NCBI GenBank assembly: GCA_024275165.1
Contig: JAJRZQ010000028.1
Coordinates: 7,423 to 71,422 of the forward strand
Direction of reading: 5' to 3'
Source: a bacterium
GTDB lineage: Bacteria; SAR324; XYD2-FULL-50-16
DNA length: 64,000 bases
Every line of letters begins with the position of its first letter. The first letter of the stretch is position 1. Shown one piece after another: positions 10,382-19,422 of the stretch. Made by a program: the position numbers and the translations under genes. The notes under the pieces were generated by a model. It ran no database searches, was not told the origin of the DNA, and saw only the letters and a list, made by a program, of their open reading frames with translations.

Positions 10382-11132
10382 CGGAGCCGTAGACTAAGGG
10401 AATCGAAAGCTCCTCGGCGAGTTGGCGCAACGCTTTGGGCAGGTAAGGCCGTCGGCAGAGAGGGTAGCTCGCTCCGGCAAAGTTGTCGTCTAGGCTATAC
10501 CCTCCTTGCTTTAAGAGGTAACCGATTTGCTCAAAAAAAGAAAGGGACGGCTCGAGAAAAGCACCGAAATCAAGCTTTTGACAAAATTTGTAAATAATCC
10601 CCGCATGACCGATACGCTTGGGTTTAAAGGGGCCTAAATCCGCGGTGAGCATCTGCTGAAAGGCGTTCCAATAGGCTTGGTGATAGGCTTCTACAGTGCC
10701 GTAATGCGCCAGCAGGTCTTGTCGGGTGATTTCTGGGGAATAGTCGATCATGGCGTAGGGAATCGCTCCGGGCATATAATGCATGGATAAAATCGCGTCA
10801 TCCAAGCGAGGGCCGTATTGATGGAGCAGCTCGGTGGTATAGGCTTGGTGGGCGTGGAGAAAATCGACTTCTAAACCAACCAACACCTCGATTCGCCCTT
10901 GAAAATCTTGTTTCAATTGCTCGGCGAGGGTAAAATAAGCTTCCATTTCTTCTTCTAAGAGGGCGAACTCGGCTTGACGCCCTTTGGGGGCCACTCCCTC
11001 GGGCAGGGGAGCATGCTCGGTGAGGCTGTAGTGGGTAAACCCCAAAGCCAAGGCCTGCTCGATCATTTTTTTGGTGGATTCTTGTTTCCCGTGGCGGCAA
11101 AGCTCGGTGTGGCTGTGTCCATCCCATTTCAT
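10266..11132 (-). CDS. PHP-domain phosphoesterase (HisJ/HisK-like histidinol-phosphatase family)
   Basis: MKWDGHSHTELCRHG...THYSLTEHAPLP...GLEVDF...SMHYMPG...SDAHGIDAV shows the PHP metal-binding His/Asp/Glu ladder. Confidence 0.75.
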   Translation of the reverse strand: MKWDGHSHTELCRHGKQESTKKMIEQALALGFTHYSLTEHAPLPEGVAPKGRQAEFALLEEEMEAYFTLAEQLKQDFQGRIEVLVGLEVDFLHAHQAYTTELLHQYGPRLDDAILSMHYMPGAIPYAMIDYSPEITRQDLLAHYGTVEAYHQAYWNAFQQMLTADLGPFKPKRIGHAGIIYKFCQKLDFGAFLEPSLSFFEQIGYLLKQGGYSLDDNFAGASYPLCRRPYLPKALRQLAEELSIPLVYGSDAHGIDAVKKSNEAYEAFCQHGRIRPRRPECGPPTSPG

Positions 11133-11136
11133 CGCG

Positions 11137-12342
11137 TTACTCCAAAACTTTTTCTGATAAAATTTTTTTTAATGCCGGGGCGGTGAGTTCGGTCGAGAAA
11201 CAGAGCACTTGGCCCGGCAAGGCGGCTTCGAGTCGTTTTTTTTGGGCTCCCTTGGCTTTGATGGCAAAACAGTAGCCCTTGGGCAGAGCTTTGGCCACCT
11301 GGATCAACCATTCTTCCTTGGCCGTACTGAAATAACGGAGCCATTCGACTTGAATTTTCTTTTTCCCTTGGAGTAATTCCAGGTCCGGCAGGAGGAGGGC
11401 GCCATTGGGGAGGAAAAAGGCGTCCAGGGGTTGTTTGGCTTTAAATTTAGCGCCATAGCTTTCATTGAAGCGCTGGATCAAGGCGGATATTTTGTCATGC
11501 CGCCATTGGTCTTTGGGTCGGTAGGGGCTGGGGTAGCCTGAATCGGAGTCCAGGGCTAAGGTAAAACAACGCGCGACCCCCTTGCGTTTGATTTGCGCCT
11601 CCATTTTCCATTTTGGTTCTAGGCTGAGGAGAGCGGGGAAGAAGTTCGCCAGCTCCACGCCATAGCTGCGGCTGTTTTCTAAGACCGCTTGGGGGCCTTG
11701 AATCTCAATGGTCAATTGGTCGTTGCCTTGCTGGAGCACGCGAAAGAGCAAGCGGAAAAAACGCAAGCGCTGCATGAGAGGGCGAAATTGAGCCCCTCTT
11801 TGCTTGATTTCTAAGGTCATTTTTTCGGTTTGCAACAATAAGCCCTGCGCCTGTTCGAGGTTGTAGCGTTGCAGCAACTCGCTGGGGGTCAGCTTGGGCG
11901 GGGTCGTTAAGAGCTGTTGCGCCGCCAGGTCGCCAAAGAGCCAGCGTTCTATCGGCTCGGGGGGGGGCGTGAGGTGAGGGGGTAAAATCTCTTGCGCCGC
12001 TTGGCGCGAGTCGGCAAGTTCTTGGGTCGAATTTTTCCACCATTGCGCCACTTGATCCCAAACCTCTTCGCGCAGGGCGCTCAAGTCGCTTTGCAGGTTG
12101 TGGGCAAACTCGCTGCGAGTAAAGAGAATCTTGATCAGCCCCTTGACGACCTTGGGGTTTTGCCCGTAGTCGTCAATACCGGCTAAATCTTCTTCGATTG
12201 CCTCTCGACTCATCCCGCCAGCGCAATGAAAGGCTTGGATTAAATCACCTGCCAGGGCCAGGGGTTCTTGGGCGAGGGGCAGCCTTTTGGGGCTGACCTT
12301 GCCTTTACGGTAAAAGGCTATTTGCAGGTTCCCCGTCAGCAT
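11137..12342 (-). CDS. Hypothetical protein, 401 aa
   Basis: A long ORF with coding-like composition that is translationally coupled to both neighbours. I recognise no motif in it. Confidence 0.55.
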   Translation of the reverse strand: MLTGNLQIAFYRKGKVSPKRLPLAQEPLALAGDLIQAFHCAGGMSREAIEEDLAGIDDYGQNPKVVKGLIKILFTRSEFAHNLQSDLSALREEVWDQVAQWWKNSTQELADSRQAAQEILPPHLTPPPEPIERWLFGDLAAQQLLTTPPKLTPSELLQRYNLEQAQGLLLQTEKMTLEIKQRGAQFRPLMQRLRFFRLLFRVLQQGNDQLTIEIQGPQAVLENSRSYGVELANFFPALLSLEPKWKMEAQIKRKGVARCFTLALDSDSGYPSPYRPKDQWRHDKISALIQRFNESYGAKFKAKQPLDAFFLPNGALLLPDLELLQGKKKIQVEWLRYFSTAKEEWLIQVAKALPKGYCFAIKAKGAQKKRLEAALPGQVLCFSTELTAPALKKILSEKVLE

Positions 12343-13139
12343 GAAGAATCCAGGCTCGCGGTGGCTAAAAAGGCGGCGGCGGCAAAGCTGGTCGCCACAT
12401 TCAGGCTGTTTTTGCGCCCCCTCATGGGGAGTTCGATGGCGTGATCGAGCAGGGTTAAATGCTTTTGGGCGATTCCATACTCTTCATTGCCTAAAAGCAG
12501 CACCGCCTTTTTAGGCCAAACGAAGCGGTGGGCCTGGACCGCGCCTTGGACGCGCTCTAAGCCGATCAAGGGGTAGCCCGCTGCTTTTTTTTCCCTTAAG
12601 GCGGTGGTTAAGTCTTCGACTCGGACCTCGGGAATCCATAACTCAGAGCCCAAGGCGGTTTTTTTTACGCCCCGATGATGGAGCCTGGGGGTGATGCCGC
12701 TGGTGATGAAGCCCGCAAAGCCTAAGGCGTCGAGCAAGCGGCAGAGCGCGCCTAGATTAAAGGCGCTGCGTAGGTTGTCGAGAGCGAGCCAGTAGTCATA
12801 GGTCGGTTGCCAGGCCCCCTCGTGCAGATCATCCCCCCAGGGGAGGGGGAGGTAGTCTTCTTCCTGGAGGCGTTTGCCCTGTTCGCTCAACCAAAACTGG
12901 TATTGATCCGCTAGAAACTCCTTGCGCAAGGCCGCCTCGCCGGTTAGGGGGGTTTGGGGCAAGGGGAGCCCCGACCAGGCGCAAAGCTGCCGGTATTCTT
13001 GAAAAAACAAATCCCATTGCAGGGCTTTTCCTCGATTGAGTTGCAGCCAGAGCCGCCTCAACCACAAGGCGAGTTGCTTGGCTCGCCGGGTCGGGGTGAG
13101 GCGGAGAAATTTGTTTTTACCCATGCCAAAGGCTTGCAT
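12336..13139 (-). CDS. SpoU/TrmH-family RNA 2'-O-methyltransferase with an uncharacterized ~115-aa N-terminal extension
   Basis: The C-terminal 150 aa carry the SPOUT motifs (LALDNLRSAFNLGALCRLLDALGFAGFITSG; AAGYPLIGLE; AVLLLGNEEYGIAQ; IELPMRGRKNSLNVATSFAAAAF). Confidence 0.7.
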   Translation of the reverse strand: MQAFGMGKNKFLRLTPTRRAKQLALWLRRLWLQLNRGKALQWDLFFQEYRQLCAWSGLPLPQTPLTGEAALRKEFLADQYQFWLSEQGKRLQEEDYLPLPWGDDLHEGAWQPTYDYWLALDNLRSAFNLGALCRLLDALGFAGFITSGITPRLHHRGVKKTALGSELWIPEVRVEDLTTALREKKAAGYPLIGLERVQGAVQAHRFVWPKKAVLLLGNEEYGIAQKHLTLLDHAIELPMRGRKNSLNVATSFAAAAFLATASLDSSC

Positions 13140-13999
13140 CAGAGTAGGCGGTAAAGGTTGTCGAGTTTCCCCTCGGTGAGAGCTAAGGCGAGGCCGCGAA
13201 TTCGTGGGGCCAAGTCCTGGGGGTTGCTGGTTGTAAGCAGCAGGCTGAAGTGATCCTTTTCAAAATAGGGGTCCATGTCGACCTCGACCCCTTGGGGAAG
13301 GCGTTGGCGCGCGCTGTTGAATTCGCGGCGATATTGTTCCAAATGCGGGCGCGCCAAGGACTCAAGTTCTGAGACCTTGAGCCCGGGGTCGGATAAGTGG
13401 GGCAAGAGGTCGGAAAGCTCGATTTGTTTTAAAATTAAAATCTCCCTTAAGGGGGCTAAAAGCCGCAAAAGCCGGTTCCCTTTTAGTTGAGCCCCGGACT
13501 GGGCTTGGGCTAGAACCTGTAAATCTTGGGGGGTGAATCGGCTCAAGGCCTTGAGTTCACGAAAGCCTAATTCATGGAGTTGGACAAAGTCACGCAAATC
13601 CTTTTCCAGGGGCAAAAGGGGGGCGTACTTTTTTTGCTTGAGCCATTTTCCCTCAAGCCCAAAGGCTTTCGCAAGCTTCAGCGCTTTGTCGAAAGCGGGG
13701 GCGGATAAGCTTTCATAGCTGGTTAAAAACTCCCAAGCAGAGAAACAGCCCAAATGGACGCGACGCAAAAGGCATTGTTCCCAAAGCTCTTCGAGCTTGC
13801 TAGCTTGAGGGAAAATTACGGCGCAGACCTCTGCTTCCCCCTTTTGCCGGTGTTCTACAGGGCGCAGGCCGGAATCGGTTTCAAGCAGCCACCAGGGGGC
13901 CTCATAAGAAGCCAGGCTCAAGGCGCTCAAGGGGAAGAGGGGAGCAAGCCCATCCATCTGAGTCGAGGGAAGTTGTTGAAACATGATTTGTCGGGACAT
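13139..13999 (-). CDS. Hypothetical protein, 286 aa
   Basis: An ORF whose stop overlaps the start of the downstream SpoU gene at 13139. I recognise no domain in it. Confidence 0.5.
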   Translation of the reverse strand: MSRQIMFQQLPSTQMDGLAPLFPLSALSLASYEAPWWLLETDSGLRPVEHRQKGEAEVCAVIFPQASKLEELWEQCLLRRVHLGCFSAWEFLTSYESLSAPAFDKALKLAKAFGLEGKWLKQKKYAPLLPLEKDLRDFVQLHELGFRELKALSRFTPQDLQVLAQAQSGAQLKGNRLLRLLAPLREILILKQIELSDLLPHLSDPGLKVSELESLARPHLEQYRREFNSARQRLPQGVEVDMDPYFEKDHFSLLLTTSNPQDLAPRIRGLALALTEGKLDNLYRLL

Positions 14000-14668
14000 A
14001 ACGCCTTGATCTATGGTGCGAGCGGCGGCATTGGTACGGCCTTAGCCCATGCGTTGCAAAAAGAAGGAGCGAAACCGATTTTGCTGGGGCGCAATCGGTT
14101 GAAGTTAACAGCCTTGGCCGATCAATTGGGGCTGGAGCCGAGTCGAGTTTTGTTCAGCGAACATCTAGGCCAGGACCAAGCGCGACTGCAAAAGGCCTTA
14201 AAGCCCTTGGGGCCGCTTTCTATCGTGGTACATGCCGCTGGGGGCGGGCTTTTTAAACCCTTAAGCCAAATCACCGATAGCGAGTGGGATGAGTTGATGC
14301 AAGTCCATTTAAAGGATGCCTATCATCTTTTTCAACTAGGTTGGCCTTTAAAAGCAGCATACCAGCAATGGGTTTTTTTTGGCTCCGCCTCTTGCCTGCG
14401 CCCCTGGCCCAAGAATACCCTCTATGGAGCCGCCAAGGCGGGTTTGGCTTATTTCTGCCAAGCCTTGGAAGAAGAACTACGCCCTCAAGGCGGCAGGGTT
14501 TGGCTTTTTGAGCCCGGCGCTGTGGATACGGGTTTTTTTACGCAGGTCAAAAGCCATCTACCTAAAAAAAAACGCATCCATCCCCATAACCTGGCCGCTT
14601 GGGTCGTCGGGCAGCTCCGTCTGCCCCCTAGCCTTTACTGCCTCCCCCAGACCCTATTGAGCGATTAG
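13988..14668 (+). CDS. Short-chain dehydrogenase/reductase (SDR)
   Basis: A Rossmann motif (IYGASGGIGTALAHAL) sits near the N-terminus, with NAG-like HAAGGG and a catalytic YGAAKAG. The track ORF 13754.. extends far upstream. I place the start at TTG 13988 because the glycine motif is normally 8-10 residues from the N-terminus. Confidence 0.7.
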   Translation: MSGHNALIYGASGGIGTALAHALQKEGAKPILLGRNRLKLTALADQLGLEPSRVLFSEHLGQDQARLQKALKPLGPLSIVVHAAGGGLFKPLSQITDSEWDELMQVHLKDAYHLFQLGWPLKAAYQQWVFFGSASCLRPWPKNTLYGAAKAGLAYFCQALEEELRPQGGRVWLFEPGAVDTGFFTQVKSHLPKKKRIHPHNLAAWVVGQLRLPPSLYCLPQTLLSD

Positions 14669-14672
14669 CCCC

Positions 14673-16238
14673 TTAGCCATCACTGAAACGATAGCGCAGG
14701 AGGTACTCAAAAAAGCGAAAGCCTCCTGTTTCGCCATGAATATAACCAATCCGATCATAGACACGCAAGTGGAGTTGGTTTGGCACTTTTCCCTTAAAGT
14801 GAAAGATGAGGTGTTTTTTGGAGCGGCTCGGTTGCATGGGCCAAGAGGCCAAGAGATTAAATTGATCGTCATAGAGGCGCAATAGGGGGCGAAGGTAGCT
14901 TTTGCCCAGTTTGAGCCAATCAATAATCAAGGTTTTTTTATTTTCTCCGGGGAGTAAAAAGAGGTCTTCATCGGCACGGCTGTTGAGCCGACCTAAAATC
15001 ACCTGCTCGCTCAAGACCGGGGTGAGTTCTAAACTGGTATTGTTGGGCTCGCCTTCTCGAAAGAGTTGGCCCCATTCGGGGGGAATGGGGGCTTTTTCAT
15101 TCAGACCTAAGGCAAGGAGGATTTTTTTTCTCCATTCCTGGACTTGTAAGATAGGGCGGGGGGGGGACATTTTAGGGCTCGATTGCGCCAAAACCTGAAC
15201 CTGGGTTTGGTTGCCCTCTTCTGTAAGAATCTGGAAGCTAAAATAAGCCGAGGGCTTAAAGAGAGTCAAGGCCAGTTCTTTGGCGCTTTTGGCGCTATAG
15301 ACGCGGTAGCGGCTGGATTCGCTCGACCTATGGGTGAGTTCAAAAGCCTCAATTTGCCGGTTGGGCTTAAGGCAAGTTTCTTCAAAGAGGTAGCGGGCTT
15401 TTGGATTGGTCAAGCCCACCAACTCCAACAGCCACACTCGCTTTTTCCCTCCCGTAAAGTCAGAATGTTGTAGATTTTGCACGGAAAAGAGGGAGAGAAA
15501 GCGCTCTAAGTTTCTTTTGAGGTAAGTACCGATTTGATCCGCCTCTCTCTGCTCAAAATTCAGCACTAGGTTTTGAGCGATTTGAAAATCACTCAAGCGT
15601 ACGACTCGCGCCGTGATTCCCTGGACTTTGCCGGGGCTATCGCCGGGGATTGGTTCGATCAAAATCGCGGCAGAGGGGGAACCGAGTTGCTCAAATAAAC
15701 TTTCTAACTGCTCCGCGTCGAGGGTCGCGGAGGAATAGGAGAGCTGTTTTTGTACCCTCAATTTCAAGAGGGCCAAACGGCTTTTTATTTTGTTGACGGG
15801 CAGGGGAATCGTTTGGTCGATCAAGAGGCCAATGGGTACGGCCGGGTCTTTGGCCAAGGGAAAGCCCAATTGGCGGAGCGAGCGCTCTAAAGGCTTCATC
15901 CGCAACCAAGCGATCAGGCTTAAACTGAGGCTGTTTGCGTTGGCGGATTCCCGGACGATCTTAACCCGGGTAATGACCTGGTCATTGCGGATCTGGTTGC
16001 GGAGGTAGCGTTCGTTTTCTCGGTAAAGGCGGCTCCCGATTAAATCGGCGACCCCTTTTTGGATCAGTTCTCTCCTTAAGTCCGCAAAGGCTTGATTGCG
16101 GGCGTAGACCACATCTTTTTCCTTAATGGGGACTTGAGTTTTTGCCCTAAAGCTTTGGGTCTCTCGGGCATCCAGTGAACCCAAGGTGAGGCTAAAGAAG
16201 ATGAGACTGATCAGGGTGGATTTGATGGCAGTTCCCAC
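14673..16238 (-). CDS. Hypothetical secreted protein, 521 aa
   Basis: The N-terminus carries a signal peptide (MGTAIKSTLISLIFFSLTLGSLDA). It overlaps the upstream HD-GYP gene by 28 nt, which suggests co-transcription. Confidence 0.55.
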   Translation of the reverse strand: MGTAIKSTLISLIFFSLTLGSLDARETQSFRAKTQVPIKEKDVVYARNQAFADLRRELIQKGVADLIGSRLYRENERYLRNQIRNDQVITRVKIVRESANANSLSLSLIAWLRMKPLERSLRQLGFPLAKDPAVPIGLLIDQTIPLPVNKIKSRLALLKLRVQKQLSYSSATLDAEQLESLFEQLGSPSAAILIEPIPGDSPGKVQGITARVVRLSDFQIAQNLVLNFEQREADQIGTYLKRNLERFLSLFSVQNLQHSDFTGGKKRVWLLELVGLTNPKARYLFEETCLKPNRQIEAFELTHRSSESSRYRVYSAKSAKELALTLFKPSAYFSFQILTEEGNQTQVQVLAQSSPKMSPPRPILQVQEWRKKILLALGLNEKAPIPPEWGQLFREGEPNNTSLELTPVLSEQVILGRLNSRADEDLFLLPGENKKTLIIDWLKLGKSYLRPLLRLYDDQFNLLASWPMQPSRSKKHLIFHFKGKVPNQLHLRVYDRIGYIHGETGGFRFFEYLLRYRFSDG

Positions 16239-18097
16239 AGTTCCTTTTGAAATTCGGGGAGGCTCATAGGAAAGCCGCTGGGGTAAAAGCGTTCGATCCA
16301 GTTTGAAGCGTTGATTTCATCAATTTGGGTGGTTTTTAAGTGCTCCGCGGCCCATTGTTGGTATAACCCGGACTCGAGGAAGATTTTTACGATCTCTGCG
16401 TCAAGCTGCTGCTCCTTGACCATGAAGCCTAAAATTTCCAGCGCTTTGGATAACTTCATGGGTTGTTTATAGGGCCGATCCGAGGCGGTTAGGGCCTCAA
16501 AAATATCGGCAATGGCGATAATGCGAGCCTGCAAGGGGAGTTGCTCTGCTTTCAACCCAATCGGGTAGCCGCTGCCGCTTAAGGTTTCATGATGCGCCGC
16601 CGCGAAGAGGGGGAGCTTTTTCATCTTTTTGGGAAAGGGCAGCTTAAAGAGCCAACGCCAAGAGCGATCCGCGTGGTCATTGACAATCTGCCGCTCCGCC
16701 GCGGTGAGGGTTCCCCTTTGAATGAGCAGGCATTCTTTTTCCTCTTCATTGATCAGCCTGTCTGGGGTGGGTTGCTTTAAAAGACGCAATTGCTTGATGT
16801 TTTCGGTGCCATTGTAAAGCGTTTTTTCACAGCCAATCCATTGCTTGTGAGTGAGTTCCGCCATTTCAAGGATTTCTTTCTTGGTCGCCTCTTCTAAAAA
16901 CTCGCCCCCAAAGTTTGTGCGGTTTAAGTTTTTTAAAATTTTAACCAACTTGCGCTTTTTTTGGTCTATTTTTTTGCTTTCTTTTTGAAATTGATCCTTC
17001 GAGAGTTCCCCTTGCCGCGTTTTTAATTGGGCTTGCAGTTTGGCGATTTCCAAATCTTTGATTTTCGAGTTGGTTCGCTCGATAATCAATTCCATGCGGT
17101 TGCTCACTCGTTCCAGCTTCAGTTGTTTGCTGACTACATTTTCAGGGGTGGTGAGCTTCCCGATGTCGTGCATCCACCCGGCGAGCTTGAGTTCACTCAA
17201 CTCTGCTTGGCTCAAGGTGACCTGGCCGTAAATTCCCTTTTCCCACTGGCTGACTTGCTGGGCCAGTTCTAGGGTGAGACCGGCGACCCGGTTGATGTGT
17301 CCATAGTGGTAGGCTGCCTTTTCGCCTAGTCCCTCTGCCAAGACCTGTACAAAGCTGTTGAACAGGTCCACCTGTTCTTGTACGAGGATCTGGGTCGTCA
17401 AGGTAACCGCCGCTTGATAGCTGATCGCCTGCAAGATGGCTAAGTCGCTGGAGGTAAAGGGGATGATTTCACCGGTTGCCGTTTGCCGATTGATCAACTG
17501 CATTACCCCAATAATATCAAATTGATGGTTTCTTAGAGGAAGAACCAGCATGGATTTAGAACGATAACCGGTGGTCGCGTCATATTTTTTTGTGCCTGAA
17601 AAATCGAACCCCCGAGCATGGTAAACATCTTCGATGTTGATGATTTCACCGGTAATGGCACAATGGGCGGAAACATTATGTTGGTTGGGTTTACCGTCGA
17701 TCTCCAAGGGGACGGGAGGCAAAAAGATTTTACTGCTGGCCGTGCGCTTGAGGTAGACCCCCATGGTATCATTTTGCAAGACCTCGAATTGAAGCTTGCG
17801 CGATTTGATTTCACCGGGGTTGTAATGGTCTTCTGAGTATTCTTCTTCGACCATGTAGAGGGTTCCCCCGTCGGCGTTGGTTAGTTTCCTGGCCGAATTG
17901 AGAATGATCTCCATGATCGCTTGCTGTTCTTTTTCCTTGTGAATATCTGACCCGGCGAGGGTTAGAATGTCGATTTGTCGTTCGAGTTCATTGATTTCAA
18001 AACTAATTTTTTCAATCAGTTTGCTGGCTAAGGGGTCGGCAAGCTTGTTTTTGGCGAGTAAATCACTTAAATCCTGCAATCGTTGGGCAATTTTCAT
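16211..18097 (-). CDS. GAF-domain HD-GYP phosphodiesterase-family protein
   Basis: A GAF-like N-terminal half is followed by the HD motif (GWMHDIGK) and ...AAHHETLSGSGYPIGL, which is the HHExxDGxGYP signature. About 130 aa of K/E-rich coiled coil is inserted between the HD and GYP motifs. The start is set at Met21 (MKIAQRLQDL) to avoid a 50-nt overlap with dksA. Confidence 0.7.
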   Translation of the reverse strand: MKIAQRLQDLSDLLAKNKLADPLASKLIEKISFEINELERQIDILTLAGSDIHKEKEQQAIMEIILNSARKLTNADGGTLYMVEEEYSEDHYNPGEIKSRKLQFEVLQNDTMGVYLKRTASSKIFLPPVPLEIDGKPNQHNVSAHCAITGEIINIEDVYHARGFDFSGTKKYDATTGYRSKSMLVLPLRNHQFDIIGVMQLINRQTATGEIIPFTSSDLAILQAISYQAAVTLTTQILVQEQVDLFNSFVQVLAEGLGEKAAYHYGHINRVAGLTLELAQQVSQWEKGIYGQVTLSQAELSELKLAGWMHDIGKLTTPENVVSKQLKLERVSNRMELIIERTNSKIKDLEIAKLQAQLKTRQGELSKDQFQKESKKIDQKKRKLVKILKNLNRTNFGGEFLEEATKKEILEMAELTHKQWIGCEKTLYNGTENIKQLRLLKQPTPDRLINEEEKECLLIQRGTLTAAERQIVNDHADRSWRWLFKLPFPKKMKKLPLFAAAHHETLSGSGYPIGLKAEQLPLQARIIAIADIFEALTASDRPYKQPMKLSKALEILGFMVKEQQLDAEIVKIFLESGLYQQWAAEHLKTTQIDEINASNWIERFYPSGFPMSLPEFQKELWELPSNPP

Positions 18098-18107
18098 AAA
18101 ACAGAGC

Positions 18108-18497
18108 TTAACCCAGGTGGGTGTTTTCCTTTTGTTCTTGCGCCTGTTTGCAGGCAATGCACAAGGTGGTTACCGGCCTGGCATCCAGCCTGGTTTTGCC
18201 AATGGACTCGCCGCATTCTTCGCATTCGTTGTAGGTTCCGTTTTCAACGCGCTCCATGGCTTCGCGTACCTTTTTGATCAATTTTCTTTCCCGATCCCGA
18301 ATGCGTAAGGTGGTGTTGCGCTCAAATTCATAGTTGGCACGATCCGCCGGGTCGGGGAACTCTAAATCAGCGTCTTGCATTTCAGCGATGGTGCCGCCGG
18401 ACTCCACAAAAAGCTCTTTGAGCATGTCGTTGAGCTTGCTTGTGAAATATTCTTTTTCCTGGTCATTGAGGTCTTGTGTGCTTTCATCGAACTTCAT
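18108..18497 (-). CDS. dksA: DksA/TraR-family C4 zinc-finger transcription factor
   Basis: The coiled-coil N-terminus and the CxxC-N17-CxxC zinc finger (CEECGESIGKTRLDARPVTTLCIAC) are both present in this 129-aa protein. Confidence 0.8.
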   Translation of the reverse strand: MKFDESTQDLNDQEKEYFTSKLNDMLKELFVESGGTIAEMQDADLEFPDPADRANYEFERNTTLRIRDRERKLIKKVREAMERVENGTYNECEECGESIGKTRLDARPVTTLCIACKQAQEQKENTHLG

Positions 18498-18519
18498 GGT
18501 TCCTCCCTATTTTTTATGA

Positions 18520-19197
18520 CTAGCGGATGCTGAGTTTTCGCACTTCACCTTCTCCAAAACGAACCTCCAGTTCATCTGGACCAATCCACAGGTAATTGAG
18601 CTTTGGGTCGTAACTGTGATATTCCCCCCGAAGGTGTTGTACCTTTGGGGCGCTGTTTCTTACAATATGCAATTTATAGGTATAGATATACTTGGCTTTA
18701 CCCTCGACTTCAATTGTTTCGCCCGCGGTGATGTGAGTAAATACCGCTTTGTCTTTTCCATTAAACAGCAGGTTGCCCGGGGTGCTGGAACGGGGCAGCA
18801 GGTCTTGAATCTTGCCCTTTGCGTTAATCCGCAGGAGTTTTTTCTTTCCGCCGTATTTGAAGCTAAAAAAACCGCCTTCCAACTTTTTGATTTCCGCTCC
18901 CGTAGGGCCAAACCAGCCCATTTGTGGTTCTTCTTGATTGTCATACCCCAGATAGAGCAGCCCATCGTTGATGTTGAGAATATCACGAATAGCCAGGTCT
19001 TGTCTTGTAAAGATTTTTTTCTTTTTCAGGTAGAGGCTGTTGCCGATTCGGTTTTCCGGAAAGATACCGTAATCCTCATCCAGAGTGACATATCCCTTTG
19101 GGGAAGGGCCGGCCGGGGCGGCAGCGATGGTTGTTTCCGCTGCGTAGAGCGTCCAGGAAAACAAGACAAGCAAAAGAGATAAGAGTAAACGCTTCAT
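18520..19197 (-). CDS. Hypothetical secreted protein
   Basis: A signal peptide (MKRLLLSLLLVLFSWTLYAAE) begins at the internal Met22, so the track ORF extends 5' to 19260. Confidence 0.5.
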   Translation of the reverse strand: MKRLLLSLLLVLFSWTLYAAETTIAAAPAGPSPKGYVTLDEDYGIFPENRIGNSLYLKKKKIFTRQDLAIRDILNINDGLLYLGYDNQEEPQMGWFGPTGAEIKKLEGGFFSFKYGGKKKLLRINAKGKIQDLLPRSSTPGNLLFNGKDKAVFTHITAGETIEVEGKAKYIYTYKLHIVRNSAPKVQHLRGEYHSYDPKLNYLWIGPDELEVRFGEGEVRKLSIR

Positions 19198-19422
19198 AAA
19201 GAGGGGCTTTTTTAGGTTTTGCGTAAGCCTTAGTCTAGGGTGAACCGCCGACCCTGTCAAATATTTCCCAGCGAACTAAAGTGAATGCTCGAAGGTCTTT
19301 ACCGAGGTTTTTAGGTCTGGAATTGAACGAGAAAACCCTAAACGGAGCCTGCTCCCTTTTGGTTGGCTCAGGGTATTTTTTCGCTTGAAAAACGCTCCAG
19401 ACGGGCTTGTTCAGAACTTGCT

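Noticed and set aside
11959-11967. Other G/C homopolymers of 8-9 nt (8744, 11959, 15158, 39004, 43983, 54210)
   Set aside because: They lie in the middle of coding regions where they encode Pro or Gly runs. Their frequency shows such runs are a general feature of this genome, so they are not reported as phase-variation candidates.
13754-13987. N-terminal 78 codons of track ORF 13754..14668
   Set aside because: This segment runs antisense through the 5' end of the 286-aa orphan gene, and the Rossmann motif of the SDR begins only at 14012. The true start is placed at TTG 13988.
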